35,280 nucleotides of DNA from a virus, in the UHGV virus genome UHGV-0087155. One strand, written 5' to 3'. Below are positions 8,360 to 16,795 of the stretch, piece after piece (position 1 is the stretch's first letter; every line of letters starts with the position of its first letter). The notes below the pieces were generated by a model. The model saw nothing but the letters and a program-made list of their open reading frames with translations. It did no database searches and was not told where the DNA came from. A program made the position numbers and the translations under genes.

Positions 8360-8590
8360 ATGGGTAAAGGCTGGAATGCATCCTTTCATCTTGGCAGACG
8401 TGAGCGGCTGCGTCAGGAGGTTTTGCACCGTGTCGCCGGTGGGCCACGGCCTGCGCCCCGCGACTATACCGGTCATGATGGCACCCACGGCAGTTATTAC
8501 ATGAAAGGCTGGCAGTCAGTTGATATGCCGGAAATTCTTCATCATTGCCAACGTTATAAGGAAAAATATTGTGTACAGAAAATTCAGTGA
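8360..8590 (+). CDS. candidate small ORF (76 aa) in the mor-C interval
   Basis: ATG 8360 with GGGGGA upstream; the protein is Arg/His-rich and not obviously protein-like; may be non-coding leader instead. Confidence 0.3.
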   Translation: MGKGWNASFHLGRRERLRQEVLHRVAGGPRPAPRDYTGHDGTHGSYYMKGWQSVDMPEILHHCQRYKEKYCVQKIQ

Positions 8591-8702
8591 TGAATGTTTC
8601 GGGCCGTCCACGCTGATTAGTGCGATAAAAGTGATTGCCCTTGTGGTTCTGATAACCATCAGGGCCGTGGTGTATCTTTCTGTCTGTTAACAAGGGGAAA
8701 AT

Positions 8703-9125
8703 ATGCAGCATGATTTATTTGAACACGATCCGGCAATTCGCCAGTTAATCGGACATATTGATAACATCCCGGCCCCGGAACTGGAATCACGCTGGCCCCG
8801 TTCGGTGGTTGATCTGATTGATGTTCTGGAAAACGAACTGAAACGCCAGAACGTCAGCAATCCCCGTGAACTTGCCCGTAAACAGGCCGTTGCCCTGTCC
8901 TGTTTTCTGGGTGGACGGCAGTTTTACATCCCCTGCGGCGATACGATCCTGACCGCGTTACGCGACGATTTGCTTTACTGCCAGTTTAATGGTCGTAACA
9001 TGGAAGAACTGCGTCGCCAGTATCGCCTGTCCCAGCCGCAGATCTACCAGATTATTGCCCGCCAGAGAAAGCTGCATACACGACGTCATCAGCCTGATCT
9101 GTTCTCACCTGAAAGCCAGAAATAA
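8703..9125 (+). CDS. C: C, late-gene transcriptional activator (140 aa)
   Basis: Matches Mu C protein (MQHDLFEHDPAIRQLIGHIDNIPAPELESRW...) and is a paralog of Mor; RBS AAGGGGAAAAT before ATG 8703. The Mor-dependent middle promoter must lie in 8313-8702; not pinpointed. Confidence 0.95.
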   Translation: MQHDLFEHDPAIRQLIGHIDNIPAPELESRWPRSVVDLIDVLENELKRQNVSNPRELARKQAVALSCFLGGRQFYIPCGDTILTALRDDLLYCQFNGRNMEELRRQYRLSQPQIYQIIARQRKLHTRRHQPDLFSPESQK

Positions 9126-9147
9126 CCGGTATCCTGCCGGTTATTTC
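9124..9147 (+). terminator. hairpin after C (probable middle-transcript terminator)
   Basis: AACCGG (9124-9129), loop TATCCTG, CCGGTT (9137-9142), followed by ATTTCCTG; T-tract is weak. Confidence 0.45.
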
Positions 9148-9155
9148 CTGTCACC

Positions 9156-9189
9156 ATAATCCCGCACCTGCCATCTGATTTTTTAGACT
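9156..9189 (+). promoter_or_regulatory. candidate C-dependent late promoter Plys (C-rich element plus -10-like TAGACT)
   Basis: ATAATCCCGCACCTGCC at 9156-9172 and TAGACT at 9184-9189, upstream of lys; the C-rich element recurs upstream of I (16729-16758) and of the tape-measure gene (22784-22806). Confidence 0.5.
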
Positions 9190-9216
9190 GCCATCAGAGC
9201 ATTTTTTCAGGGAAGC

Positions 9217-9735
9217 ATGATGGCGGGGATACCAAAAAAACTGAAAGCCGCACTGCTGGCGGCAACGATTGCCGGTGGCAGTGTGGGTGGTTATCAGGAA
9301 ATGACCCGTCAGTCTCTGATCCATCTGGAAAATATCGCTTATATGCCTTACCGCGATATTGCCGGTGTGCTTACGGTCTGTGTGGGACATACCGGGCCGG
9401 ATATCGAAATGCGCCGTTACAGCCATGCGGAGTGTATGGCTCTTCTCGACAGTGATTTAAAACCGGTTTATGCGGCAATCGATCGTCTTGTCAGGGTGCC
9501 GCTGACGCCATATCAGAAAACGGCGCTGGCAACGTTTATTTTCAACACCGGTGTTACCGCATTCAGTAAATCAACGCTGCTGAAAAAACTCAATGCCGGT
9601 GATTACGCCGGAGCGCGTGACCAGATGGCCCGCTGGGTGTTTGCCGCAGGCCATAAATGGAAAGGACTGATGAACCGTCGCGAAGTGGAAATGGCTATCT
9701 GGAATATCAGGGGGGCGGATGACCTTCGCCAGTAA
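9217..9735 (+). CDS. lys: endolysin Lys with N-terminal signal-anchor-release (SAR) segment (172 aa)
   Basis: Matches Mu Lys; N-terminal Gly/Ala-rich weakly hydrophobic stretch KLKAALLAATIAGGSVGG is typical of SAR endolysins; RBS AGGGAAG. Confidence 0.9.
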   Translation: MMAGIPKKLKAALLAATIAGGSVGGYQEMTRQSLIHLENIAYMPYRDIAGVLTVCVGHTGPDIEMRRYSHAECMALLDSDLKPVYAAIDRLVRVPLTPYQKTALATFIFNTGVTAFSKSTLLKKLNAGDYAGARDQMARWVFAAGHKWKGLMNRREVEMAIWNIRGADDLRQ

Positions 9736-10105
9736 AAGTTTACTGCTGGCAGCCGTGTTTGCCGCCGTTCTGTCCGGGGTGTTGTGGCACAGGCTGGACA
9801 GCACCCGCCACGATAACCAGACGCTGCGCCGTGAATTACAGACGGAGCAACAGGCCCGCAACACGGCTGAATGGTTGTTACACGGTCAGGAACAGACGAT
9901 GCAGGTATTTTCCGCTATCCGTGCCGCAAATCGTGCCGCGCGGCTGGCAGACGAGACAGAACATCATGATGCAAAACAAAAAATTACAACCGCCATTACC
10001 GGTGACAATTGCAGCACTCGTCCTGTGCCTGCCGTTGCTGCTGACAGGTTGCGGGAACTCGAAAAACGCACCCGTGCCATCGGTGGTGATCCTGCCCGAA
10101 ACTGA
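9719..10105 (+). CDS. i-spanin-like inner-membrane lysis protein (128 aa)
   Basis: N-terminal TM helix LLLAAVFAAVLSGVLW followed by a charged coiled-coil-like periplasmic domain; start overlaps the lys 3' end. Confidence 0.7.
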   Translation: MTFASKSLLLAAVFAAVLSGVLWHRLDSTRHDNQTLRRELQTEQQARNTAEWLLHGQEQTMQVFSAIRAANRAARLADETEHHDAKQKITTAITGDNCSTRPVPAVAADRLRELEKRTRAIGGDPARN

Positions 10106-10307
10106 TGCAGAACTGACGGAAGCAACGCCCGTTCCGCCCACGCCACAGCCCCTGACGTGGGGAGCATCCCTTCTCTGGAATGCTGACCTGTTGATGGCGC
10201 TCGGGCAGTGCAACCGCGACAAGGCATCAGTCCGGGAACAGGAGACCCGAAGGAAAGAAATTTATGAACGAAGACCAGAACCGGGCGGTGGCGCTGCTGC
10301 TCGCTGA
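9966..10307 (+). CDS. o-spanin-like outer-membrane lipoprotein (113 aa), in overlapped architecture with the i-spanin
   Basis: Internal ATG 9966 in an alternate frame of the i-spanin gene; signal peptide plus lipobox LLTGC; Pro-rich mature region. Confidence 0.7.
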   Translation: MMQNKKLQPPLPVTIAALVLCLPLLLTGCGNSKNAPVPSVVILPETDAELTEATPVPPTPQPLTWGASLLWNADLLMALGQCNRDKASVREQETRRKEIYERRPEPGGGAAAR

Positions 10308-10458
10308 ACTCTGGCAGGGGGATACCCGTGATATTCCCCGCCCGGCGGCGTATGACCCGCCTGTATTGTGTGCCGGTTGCGGTCGTGAGCTGCGGCCTGA
10401 TGTGCTGAGACAGCAGCCGATGGCGAACTACTGCCACTGGTGCCGTGGAGCAGAATAA
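10264..10458 (+). CDS. small Cys-containing protein (64 aa)
   Basis: ATG 10264; motifs CAGC and CHWC suggest a zinc ribbon; overlaps the o-spanin 3' end. Confidence 0.55.
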   Translation: MNEDQNRAVALLLAELWQGDTRDIPRPAAYDPPVLCAGCGRELRPDVLRQQPMANYCHWCRGAE

Positions 10459-10757
10459 TGGATTTGATTTCAGTTTTAGCGTTATGGCCTTACCTGTTGC
10501 CTGTTGTGGCCGGTGGAGCCGTCTGGGCAATGCGTCGTAGTTTTGCCAGCACTGAGCGTGTGGAGCGTCTTGAAAACCGGATGACCGAAATGGAAACCCG
10601 CTACGCCAGCATCCCTGGCACAGAAGATGTACACGAAATGCGCCTGCGAATTGCAGAGCTGTCCGGCGATATCCGGGTGCTGTCCCAGCGGGTGCAGTCA
10701 TTTTCCCATCAACTGGAGCTGCTGCTTGAAAACGCAGTAAACCGGAGTAATTCATGA
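10458..10757 (+). CDS. membrane-anchored coiled-coil protein (99 aa), candidate lysis accessory (releasin-like)
   Basis: ATG 10458 overlaps the upstream stop (TAATG); N-terminal TM segment LISVLALWPYLLPVVAGGAVWAM then a charged helical region. Functional assignment is inference. Confidence 0.55.
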   Translation: MDLISVLALWPYLLPVVAGGAVWAMRRSFASTERVERLENRMTEMETRYASIPGTEDVHEMRLRIAELSGDIRVLSQRVQSFSHQLELLLENAVNRSNS

Positions 10758-11044
10758 TTAACGATATTCTGACCGAAGACCGTCGTCTGGTCATCCTGCG
10801 TTCCCTGATGGACTGCAATAACGAAGCAAACGAATCCATCCTTCAGGACTGTCTGGATGCATACGGACACAACGTTTCCCGCGATGTGGTTCGCGGCCAG
10901 ATTGACTGGCTGGCAGAGCAGCAACTGGTCACCGTGGAAAACCTGCGCGGCTTTTATGTCGTAACGCTGACCTCCCGAGGTCAGGATGTGGCGGAAGGTC
11001 GTGCCCGCGTTGCCGGTGTCAAGCGTCCTCGTCCCCGTGCATGA
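10754..11044 (+). CDS. hypothetical late protein (96 aa)
   Basis: ATG 10754 with GGAG upstream; translationally coupled (ATGA overlap) to neighbours; lies just upstream of the terminase genes. Confidence 0.6.
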   Translation: MINDILTEDRRLVILRSLMDCNNEANESILQDCLDAYGHNVSRDVVRGQIDWLAEQQLVTVENLRGFYVVTLTSRGQDVAEGRARVAGVKRPRPRA

Positions 11045-11631
11045 CAGGAGGCGTGATGGACAGGAAAACACGGGGCCGGGCTTCAAAAGTGGATTTACTG
11101 CCGGAAAACGTACGTAAAACGCTGCATGAAATGCTGCGTGATAAAGCGATCCCACAGGCCCGCATTCTGGAAGAAATTAACGTACTGATTGAAGACGCTG
11201 GCCTGCCGGATGAGATGAAACTCTCCCGTTCCGGTCTGAACCGTTACGCGACGAACGTCGAGCAGGTAGGCCATAACCTGCGACAGATGCGTGAAATGAC
11301 GTCAGCACTGACCGCAGAACTTGGTGACAAGCCAATGGGAGAAACCACAAAGCTGATTCTGGAAATGGCCCGCAGCCAGCTTTTTAAGGCCATGATGCGG
11401 CAAATCGAAAACCCGGAATCTGACGTGGATATTGACCTGCTGAAAAATGCCATGCTGGCGGCACAGCGTCTGGAATCCACGGCAATGTCCAGCCACCGGC
11501 GCGAGAAAGAAATCCGCCAGGCATTCGCAGAAGAAGCGGCAAACGCCGTCAGTGAAGAACTGCGCGGGCAGGATGGCATCAGCGAAGAGCTGGAGCAGCG
11601 TATCCGTGATGTGCTGCTGGGTAAGGCATGA
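11041..11631 (+). CDS. probable terminase small subunit / DNA-binding packaging protein (196 aa)
   Basis: Immediately upstream of the large terminase, as the Mu small terminase is; alternative start ATG 11056 after AGGAGG (11046-11051). Confidence 0.7.
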   Translation: MTGGVMDRKTRGRASKVDLLPENVRKTLHEMLRDKAIPQARILEEINVLIEDAGLPDEMKLSRSGLNRYATNVEQVGHNLRQMREMTSALTAELGDKPMGETTKLILEMARSQLFKAMMRQIENPESDVDIDLLKNAMLAAQRLESTAMSSHRREKEIRQAFAEEAANAVSEELRGQDGISEELEQRIRDVLLGKA

Positions 11632-11638
11632 GAGGGTT

Positions 11639-13294
11639 ATGAACACCAGAGAAAACAATCTTAAAGCCCTTCATGCCCCCCGAAAAATCGACCTGCGTGA
11701 GGAAGCCGAACTGCTGGGCGTGAATATCGTTACCGATATCGGGGAAGCACAGCCCCGCAATGAACCGGTTTTTCTGGGTTATCAGCGCCGCTGGTTTGAG
11801 GATGAAAGCCAGATTTGTATTGCTGAAAAATCCCGTCGTACCGGTCTGACATGGGCCGAAGCGGGCCGCAATGTCATGACGGCCGCAAAGCCGAGGCGTC
11901 GCGGTGGTCGCAACGTCTTTTATGTGGGGTCCCGTCAGGAAATGGCGCTGGAATACATTGCCGCCTGTGCCCTGTTTGCCCGCGCCTTTAACCAACTGGC
12001 AAAGGCTGACGTATGGGAGCAGACCTTCTGGGACAGCGACAAAAAAGAAGAAATCCTCACTTATATGATCCGTTTCCCTAACAGCGGATTTAAGGTGCAG
12101 GCGCTGTCAAGCCGTCCGTCTAACCTGCGTGGTTTGCAGGGGGACGTGGTGATTGATGAGGCGGCATTTCATGAAGCCCTGGACGAACTCCTGAAAGCGG
12201 CTTTTGCTCTCACCATGTGGGGTGCCCGCGTGCGGATCATATCGACACATAACGGCGTCGATAATCTGTTTAATCAGTACATTCAGGATGCGCGCGAGGG
12301 GCGCAAGGATTACAGCGTTCACCGCATCACGCTGGATGATGCCATCGCTGACGGGTTGTACCGACGTATCTGTTACGTCACGAATCAGCCGTGGTCGCCG
12401 GAAGCGGAAAAAGCCTGGCGTGATGGCCTGTACCGGAATGCGCCGAATAAAGAGAGTGCCGACGAGGAATACGGCTGCATTCCAAAAAAATCCGGGGGCG
12501 CTTATCTGTCACGCGTGCTGATTGAAGCCGCCATGACGCCAGTGCGGGATATCCCGATTCTGCGTTTTGAAGCCCCGGACGATTTTGAATCGCTGACACC
12601 ACAAATGCGCCACGGCATCGTTCAGGACTGGTGTGAACAGGAGCTGCTCCCGTTGCTCGATGCGCTGTCGCCGCTCAATAAACACGTACTGGGCGAAGAC
12701 TTTGCACGCCGTGGCGACCTGACGGTGTTTGTGCCGCTTGCCATCACTCCTGACTTACGCAAACGCGAATGTTTCCGCGTGGAGCTGCGTAATGTGACCT
12801 ATGACCAGCAGCGACAAATCCTTTTATTCATTCTGTCCCGTTTGCCCCGTTTTACCGGCGCTGCATTTGATGCCACCGGTAACGGCGGTTATCTGGCAGA
12901 AGCCGCCCGTCTGATTTATGGCCCGGAGATGATCGACTGCATCAGTCTGACCGCCGCCTGGTATCAGGAGTGGATGCCGAAACTGAAAGGCGAGTTTGAA
13001 GCGCAGAACATCACGATTGCCCGGCATCAGACCACACTCGATGACCTGCTTCATATCAAGGTGGACAAAGGTATTCCGCAGATTGATAAGGGGCGCACAA
13101 AAGATGAAAGCGGTAAAGGCCGACGACATGGTGACTTTGCCGTGGCGCTCTGTATGGCTGTCAGGGCGTCTTATATGAATGGTTTTGTTATCGACGAGGA
13201 CAGCATACAGGCGCTGCCACCACGCCACCGTGGTGATGATGTTGATAACGATGATTTTGATGATTATCACCAGTTTGAACGAGGGGGCTGGTAA
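11639..13294 (+). CDS. terminase large subunit (551 aa)
   Basis: ATG 11639 after GAGAGGG; the track ORF begins at 11447 but that extension overlaps the upstream gene without an RBS; size and position match the Mu large terminase. Confidence 0.9.
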   Translation: MNTRENNLKALHAPRKIDLREEAELLGVNIVTDIGEAQPRNEPVFLGYQRRWFEDESQICIAEKSRRTGLTWAEAGRNVMTAAKPRRRGGRNVFYVGSRQEMALEYIAACALFARAFNQLAKADVWEQTFWDSDKKEEILTYMIRFPNSGFKVQALSSRPSNLRGLQGDVVIDEAAFHEALDELLKAAFALTMWGARVRIISTHNGVDNLFNQYIQDAREGRKDYSVHRITLDDAIADGLYRRICYVTNQPWSPEAEKAWRDGLYRNAPNKESADEEYGCIPKKSGGAYLSRVLIEAAMTPVRDIPILRFEAPDDFESLTPQMRHGIVQDWCEQELLPLLDALSPLNKHVLGEDFARRGDLTVFVPLAITPDLRKRECFRVELRNVTYDQQRQILLFILSRLPRFTGAAFDATGNGGYLAEAARLIYGPEMIDCISLTAAWYQEWMPKLKGEFEAQNITIARHQTTLDDLLHIKVDKGIPQIDKGRTKDESGKGRRHGDFAVALCMAVRASYMNGFVIDEDSIQALPPRHRGDDVDNDDFDDYHQFERGGW

Positions 13295-14832
13295 TGGGCC
13301 GTATTCTGGATATTTCCGGGCAGCCGTTTGATTTTGACGATGAAATGCAGACCCGCAGCGATGAGCTGGCAATGGTCATGAAGCGCACGCAGGAGCATCC
13401 TTCCAGTGGTGTGACGCCGAACCGGGCCGCGCAGATGCTGCGTGATGCCGAACGCGGTGATCTGACAGCACAGGCTGACCTGGCCTTTGATATGGAAGAA
13501 AAGGACACCCACCTTTTTTCCGAACTGAGCAAGCGCCGCCTTGCCATTCAGGCGCTGGAATGGCGCATCGCTCCGGCACGTGATGCCAGCGCACAGGAGA
13601 AAAAAGACGCCGACATGCTGAATGAATATCTGCATGATGCGGCGTGGTTTGAAGATGCCCTGTTTGATGCCGGTGATGCCATTCTCAAGGGTTATTCCAT
13701 GCAGGAGATTGAATGGGGCTGGCTGGGCAAAATGCGCGTGCCGGTGGCGCTGCATCATCGCGATCCGGCGCTGTTCTGCGCGAACCCCGATAATCTGAAC
13801 GAATTACGTCTGCGTGATACGTCTTATCACGGGCTGGAGCTGCAACCGTTCGGCTGGTTTATGCACCGGGCCAAATCCCGCACCGGGTATGTTGGCACCA
13901 ATGGCCTTGTGCGCACGCTTATCTGGCCTTTTATTTTTAAAAACTATTCCGTGCGTGATTTTGCAGAGTTTCTGGAAATTTACGGACTCCCCATGCGCGT
14001 CGGTAAATATCCGACCGGCTCCACAAACCGTGAGAAAGCCACGCTGATGCAGGCCGTGATGGATATCGGGCGACGTGCCGGTGGCATTATTCCGATGGGG
14101 ATGACGCTGGATTTTCAGAGCGCCGCAGATGGTCAGTCAGACCCCTTTATGGCGATGATTGGCTGGGCAGAAAAAGCGATTTCAAAAGCCATTCTGGGCG
14201 GCACCCTGACCACAGAGGCCGGCGATAAAGGTGCACGGTCGCTGGGTGAAGTGCATGATGAGGTTCGCCGGGAAATCCGTAACGCGGATGTGGGCCAGCT
14301 TGCCCGCAGTATTAACCGTGACCTGATTTATCCCCTGCTGGCACTGAACAGTGACAGCACCATTGATATTAACCGCCTGCCGGGCATTGTATTTGATACC
14401 AGTGAAGCGGGTGATATTACGGCACTGTCTGACGCCATTCCGAAACTGGCGGCGGGAATGCGTATTCCGGTCTCCTGGATACAGGAAAAACTCCATATTC
14501 CGCAGCCGGTCGGTGATGAAGCCGTGTTTACTGCTCAACCGGTCGTCATGGATAACGGTCCGCAGAAAGAGGCCGCATTATCCGCTGAAGATATCCCGCA
14601 GGAGGATGATATCGACCGGATGGGCGTCTCACCGGAAGACTGGCAGCGTTCGGTTGATCCCCTGCTGAAACCCGTCATTTTTTCTGTGCTGAAAGATGGC
14701 CCGGAAGCCGCCATGAACAAAGCTGCTTCATTATATCCGCAGATGGATGATGCAGAACTTATCGACATGCTGACCCGTGCCATTTTTGTTGCCGATATAT
14801 GGGGGCGTCTGGATGCCGCAGCAGACCATTGA
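13294..14832 (+). CDS. H: portal protein (512 aa)
   Basis: Mu portal-like sequence and size; start overlaps the terminase stop (TAATG). Confidence 0.9.
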   Translation: MGRILDISGQPFDFDDEMQTRSDELAMVMKRTQEHPSSGVTPNRAAQMLRDAERGDLTAQADLAFDMEEKDTHLFSELSKRRLAIQALEWRIAPARDASAQEKKDADMLNEYLHDAAWFEDALFDAGDAILKGYSMQEIEWGWLGKMRVPVALHHRDPALFCANPDNLNELRLRDTSYHGLELQPFGWFMHRAKSRTGYVGTNGLVRTLIWPFIFKNYSVRDFAEFLEIYGLPMRVGKYPTGSTNREKATLMQAVMDIGRRAGGIIPMGMTLDFQSAADGQSDPFMAMIGWAEKAISKAILGGTLTTEAGDKGARSLGEVHDEVRREIRNADVGQLARSINRDLIYPLLALNSDSTIDINRLPGIVFDTSEAGDITALSDAIPKLAAGMRIPVSWIQEKLHIPQPVGDEAVFTAQPVVMDNGPQKEAALSAEDIPQEDDIDRMGVSPEDWQRSVDPLLKPVIFSVLKDGPEAAMNKAASLYPQMDDAELIDMLTRAIFVADIWGRLDAAADH

Positions 14833-16132
14833 TCTGGCGTATGCCGCACGCCTCCCGCCAAAGGAGGCTGTCGCGTATTTCCGCGCCAAAGGCTACAACA
14901 TCACCTGGAACTGGTACGAACAACTGGCAGACGCGCACGCACGCGCCTTTACCGTTGCCAAAGCCACCCGGATGGATGTACTGACCACAATCCGTGAGGA
15001 AGTGGAGCGGGCTGTCAGTGAAGGCATCACCCGTGAGGAATTTACCCGCACACTGGCCCCCCGGCTGCAAAAACTCGGATGGTGGGGAAAACAAATCATC
15101 GTGGATGCAGAGGGAAACGCGAAGGAAATCGAACTGGGCAGTCCGCGTCGTCTGGCAACCATTTATGACGTCAACACCCGTACAGCATATGCGGCGGGAC
15201 GTTATGCGCAGATGATGAACACGGCGGACCTGTATCCGTTCTGGCAGTACGTTGTTGTCGAAGATGGCAGAACGCGCCCGGAACACCTCTTGCTGCGCAA
15301 TATGGTTTTCCGGTGTGACGATATTTTCTGGCAGACGCATTACCCGCCGAACGGCTGGCGCTGCCGCTGTCGCGTCCGGGCGCTGTCTGCGGCCCGCATG
15401 AAAGAGCTGGGGTTACAGGTCAGTTATGGTGCGTCATTCATGAATACCCGCGAAGTGGATGCCGGTACGGATGAAAGCACCGGAGAGATTTTCCGCACAT
15501 CGTCAACCACGTTTGACAACGGTCGGGTAAAAATGACGCCGGATGTGGGCTGGTCATATAACCCCGGTTCGGCGGCATTTGGTACGGATCAGGCACTGAT
15601 TCGAAAACTGGTGGAAGTTCGTGACGCGCAGCTGCGTGAGCAGGTTGTTCAGACGCTGAATAACAGCCGGGAGCGTCAGCTTGCTTTTTCCCTCTGGCTT
15701 AAACGCCTGGCAGGATCACGTCAGACCGGTCATGAAATCCGGGCGCTGGGGTTTATGACGGGATCCGTGGCTGAAGCCGTATATCAGCGCACCGGGAATA
15801 TGCCAGCCCGTCTGCTTGTAATGAACGGGAAAAGTCTGGCGACCACTGCTGATGCCGCCCTGAAACCGGAAGATTTACAGCGTCTGCCGTCGCTGATGGC
15901 AAAACCACAGGCGGTATTGTGGGACAGGGAGAACCACCAGTTGCTGTATGTTGTGGCAACCCGTGACGGCACGGCCCGGATTGTGGTCAGAACATCACAG
16001 ACAGTCGGCAGGCAGAATGACCGGGCGGATGTGCTGGTCAGTATCAGCCGCGTATCTGCACAGTCGCTTGAAGCCGCGATTGCTGACGGGATGATTGACA
16101 TACTGGAGGGGCATGTGGAGGTGAATAAGTGA
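14813..16132 (+). CDS. F: head morphogenesis protein F (439 aa)
   Basis: ATG 14813 (MPQQTIDLAYAARLPP...), overlapping the portal 3' end; Mu gpF-like. Confidence 0.85.
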   Translation: MPQQTIDLAYAARLPPKEAVAYFRAKGYNITWNWYEQLADAHARAFTVAKATRMDVLTTIREEVERAVSEGITREEFTRTLAPRLQKLGWWGKQIIVDAEGNAKEIELGSPRRLATIYDVNTRTAYAAGRYAQMMNTADLYPFWQYVVVEDGRTRPEHLLLRNMVFRCDDIFWQTHYPPNGWRCRCRVRALSAARMKELGLQVSYGASFMNTREVDAGTDESTGEIFRTSSTTFDNGRVKMTPDVGWSYNPGSAAFGTDQALIRKLVEVRDAQLREQVVQTLNNSRERQLAFSLWLKRLAGSRQTGHEIRALGFMTGSVAEAVYQRTGNMPARLLVMNGKSLATTADAALKPEDLQRLPSLMAKPQAVLWDRENHQLLYVVATRDGTARIVVRTSQTVGRQNDRADVLVSISRVSAQSLEAAIADGMIDILEGHVEVNK

Positions 16133-16599
16133 GTCTTGATATGAACGTTGCCGTGGATGTGCGACGTATTCAGCTTGCGCTGGATGAACTGGGAACCGTC
16201 ACACATGACCGCGTCATTCCCCGTGTGATGGCTGCGGCGCTGCTGTCATCCACGGAACAGGCATTTGAACGGCAGGCAGACCCGGATACAGGGAAAGGCT
16301 GGGAAGCGTGGAGCGATTCGTGGCTGGCATGGCGTCAGGATCATGGTTTTGTTCCGGGCAGTATCCTTACCCTGCATGGCGATCTGGCACGCAGCATTAC
16401 CACCGATTATGGACAGGATTATGCCCTGATTGGTTCGCCAAAAATTTATGCTGCCATTCATCAGTGGGGCGGTACACCCGATATGGCACCCCGCCCGGCA
16501 GGCGTTCCTGCGCGTCCTTATATGGGGCTGGATAAGACCGGGGAACAGGAAATTTTTGATGCCATCAGAAAACGCGTCAGCGCCGCTCTGAGGCAATAA
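16129..16599 (+). CDS. G: virion morphogenesis protein G (156 aa)
   Basis: GTG 16129 six nt after GGAGGTGA (alternative ATG 16141); Mu gpG-like. Confidence 0.8.
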   Translation: MSLDMNVAVDVRRIQLALDELGTVTHDRVIPRVMAAALLSSTEQAFERQADPDTGKGWEAWSDSWLAWRQDHGFVPGSILTLHGDLARSITTDYGQDYALIGSPKIYAAIHQWGGTPDMAPRPAGVPARPYMGLDKTGEQEIFDAIRKRVSAALRQ

Positions 16600-16646
16600 A
16601 CAGAATCAGGCATAAAATCAGCCGCACAGATTTTTTAAAACGCGCC

Positions 16647-16688
16647 ACGGGATTTTTAAACCGGTATTTAACGGTGTATGAATCCCGT
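16647..16688 (+). terminator. long-loop hairpin after G (terminator-like)
   Basis: Perfect 8-bp inverted repeat ACGGGATT (16647-16654) / AATCCCGT (16681-16688) around a 26-nt AT-rich loop, followed by TTTAT. Confidence 0.35.
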
Positions 16689-16728
16689 TTTATCTTCCTT
16701 CCACTTTCTTTCTCCAGTACTCAAATAG

Positions 16729-16795
16729 CATAACCCCAGATTTTCCCGCACCTCCCGCAAACTGACTGCTCACAAACCATGATGAGCAGCAGGAC
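16729..16795 (+). promoter_or_regulatory. candidate C-dependent late promoter P_I
   Basis: CATAACCCCAGATTTTCCCGCACCTCCCGC at 16729-16758 shares ATAA-CCC / CCCGCACCT-CC with the element upstream of lys; lies in the 196-bp spacer before gene I. Confidence 0.45.

Noticed and set aside
9964-10839. Minus-strand ORF of 291 aa across the spanin and lysis-accessory genes
   Set aside because: Antisense to several well-supported, translationally coupled plus-strand genes; Arg/Ser/Ala-rich low-complexity translation; no start context.
11447-11638. Upstream extension of the large terminase ORF (615 aa version)
   Set aside because: The extension overlaps the 3' end of the upstream gene in another frame and has no RBS; ATG 11639 follows GAGAGGG and the upstream stop.
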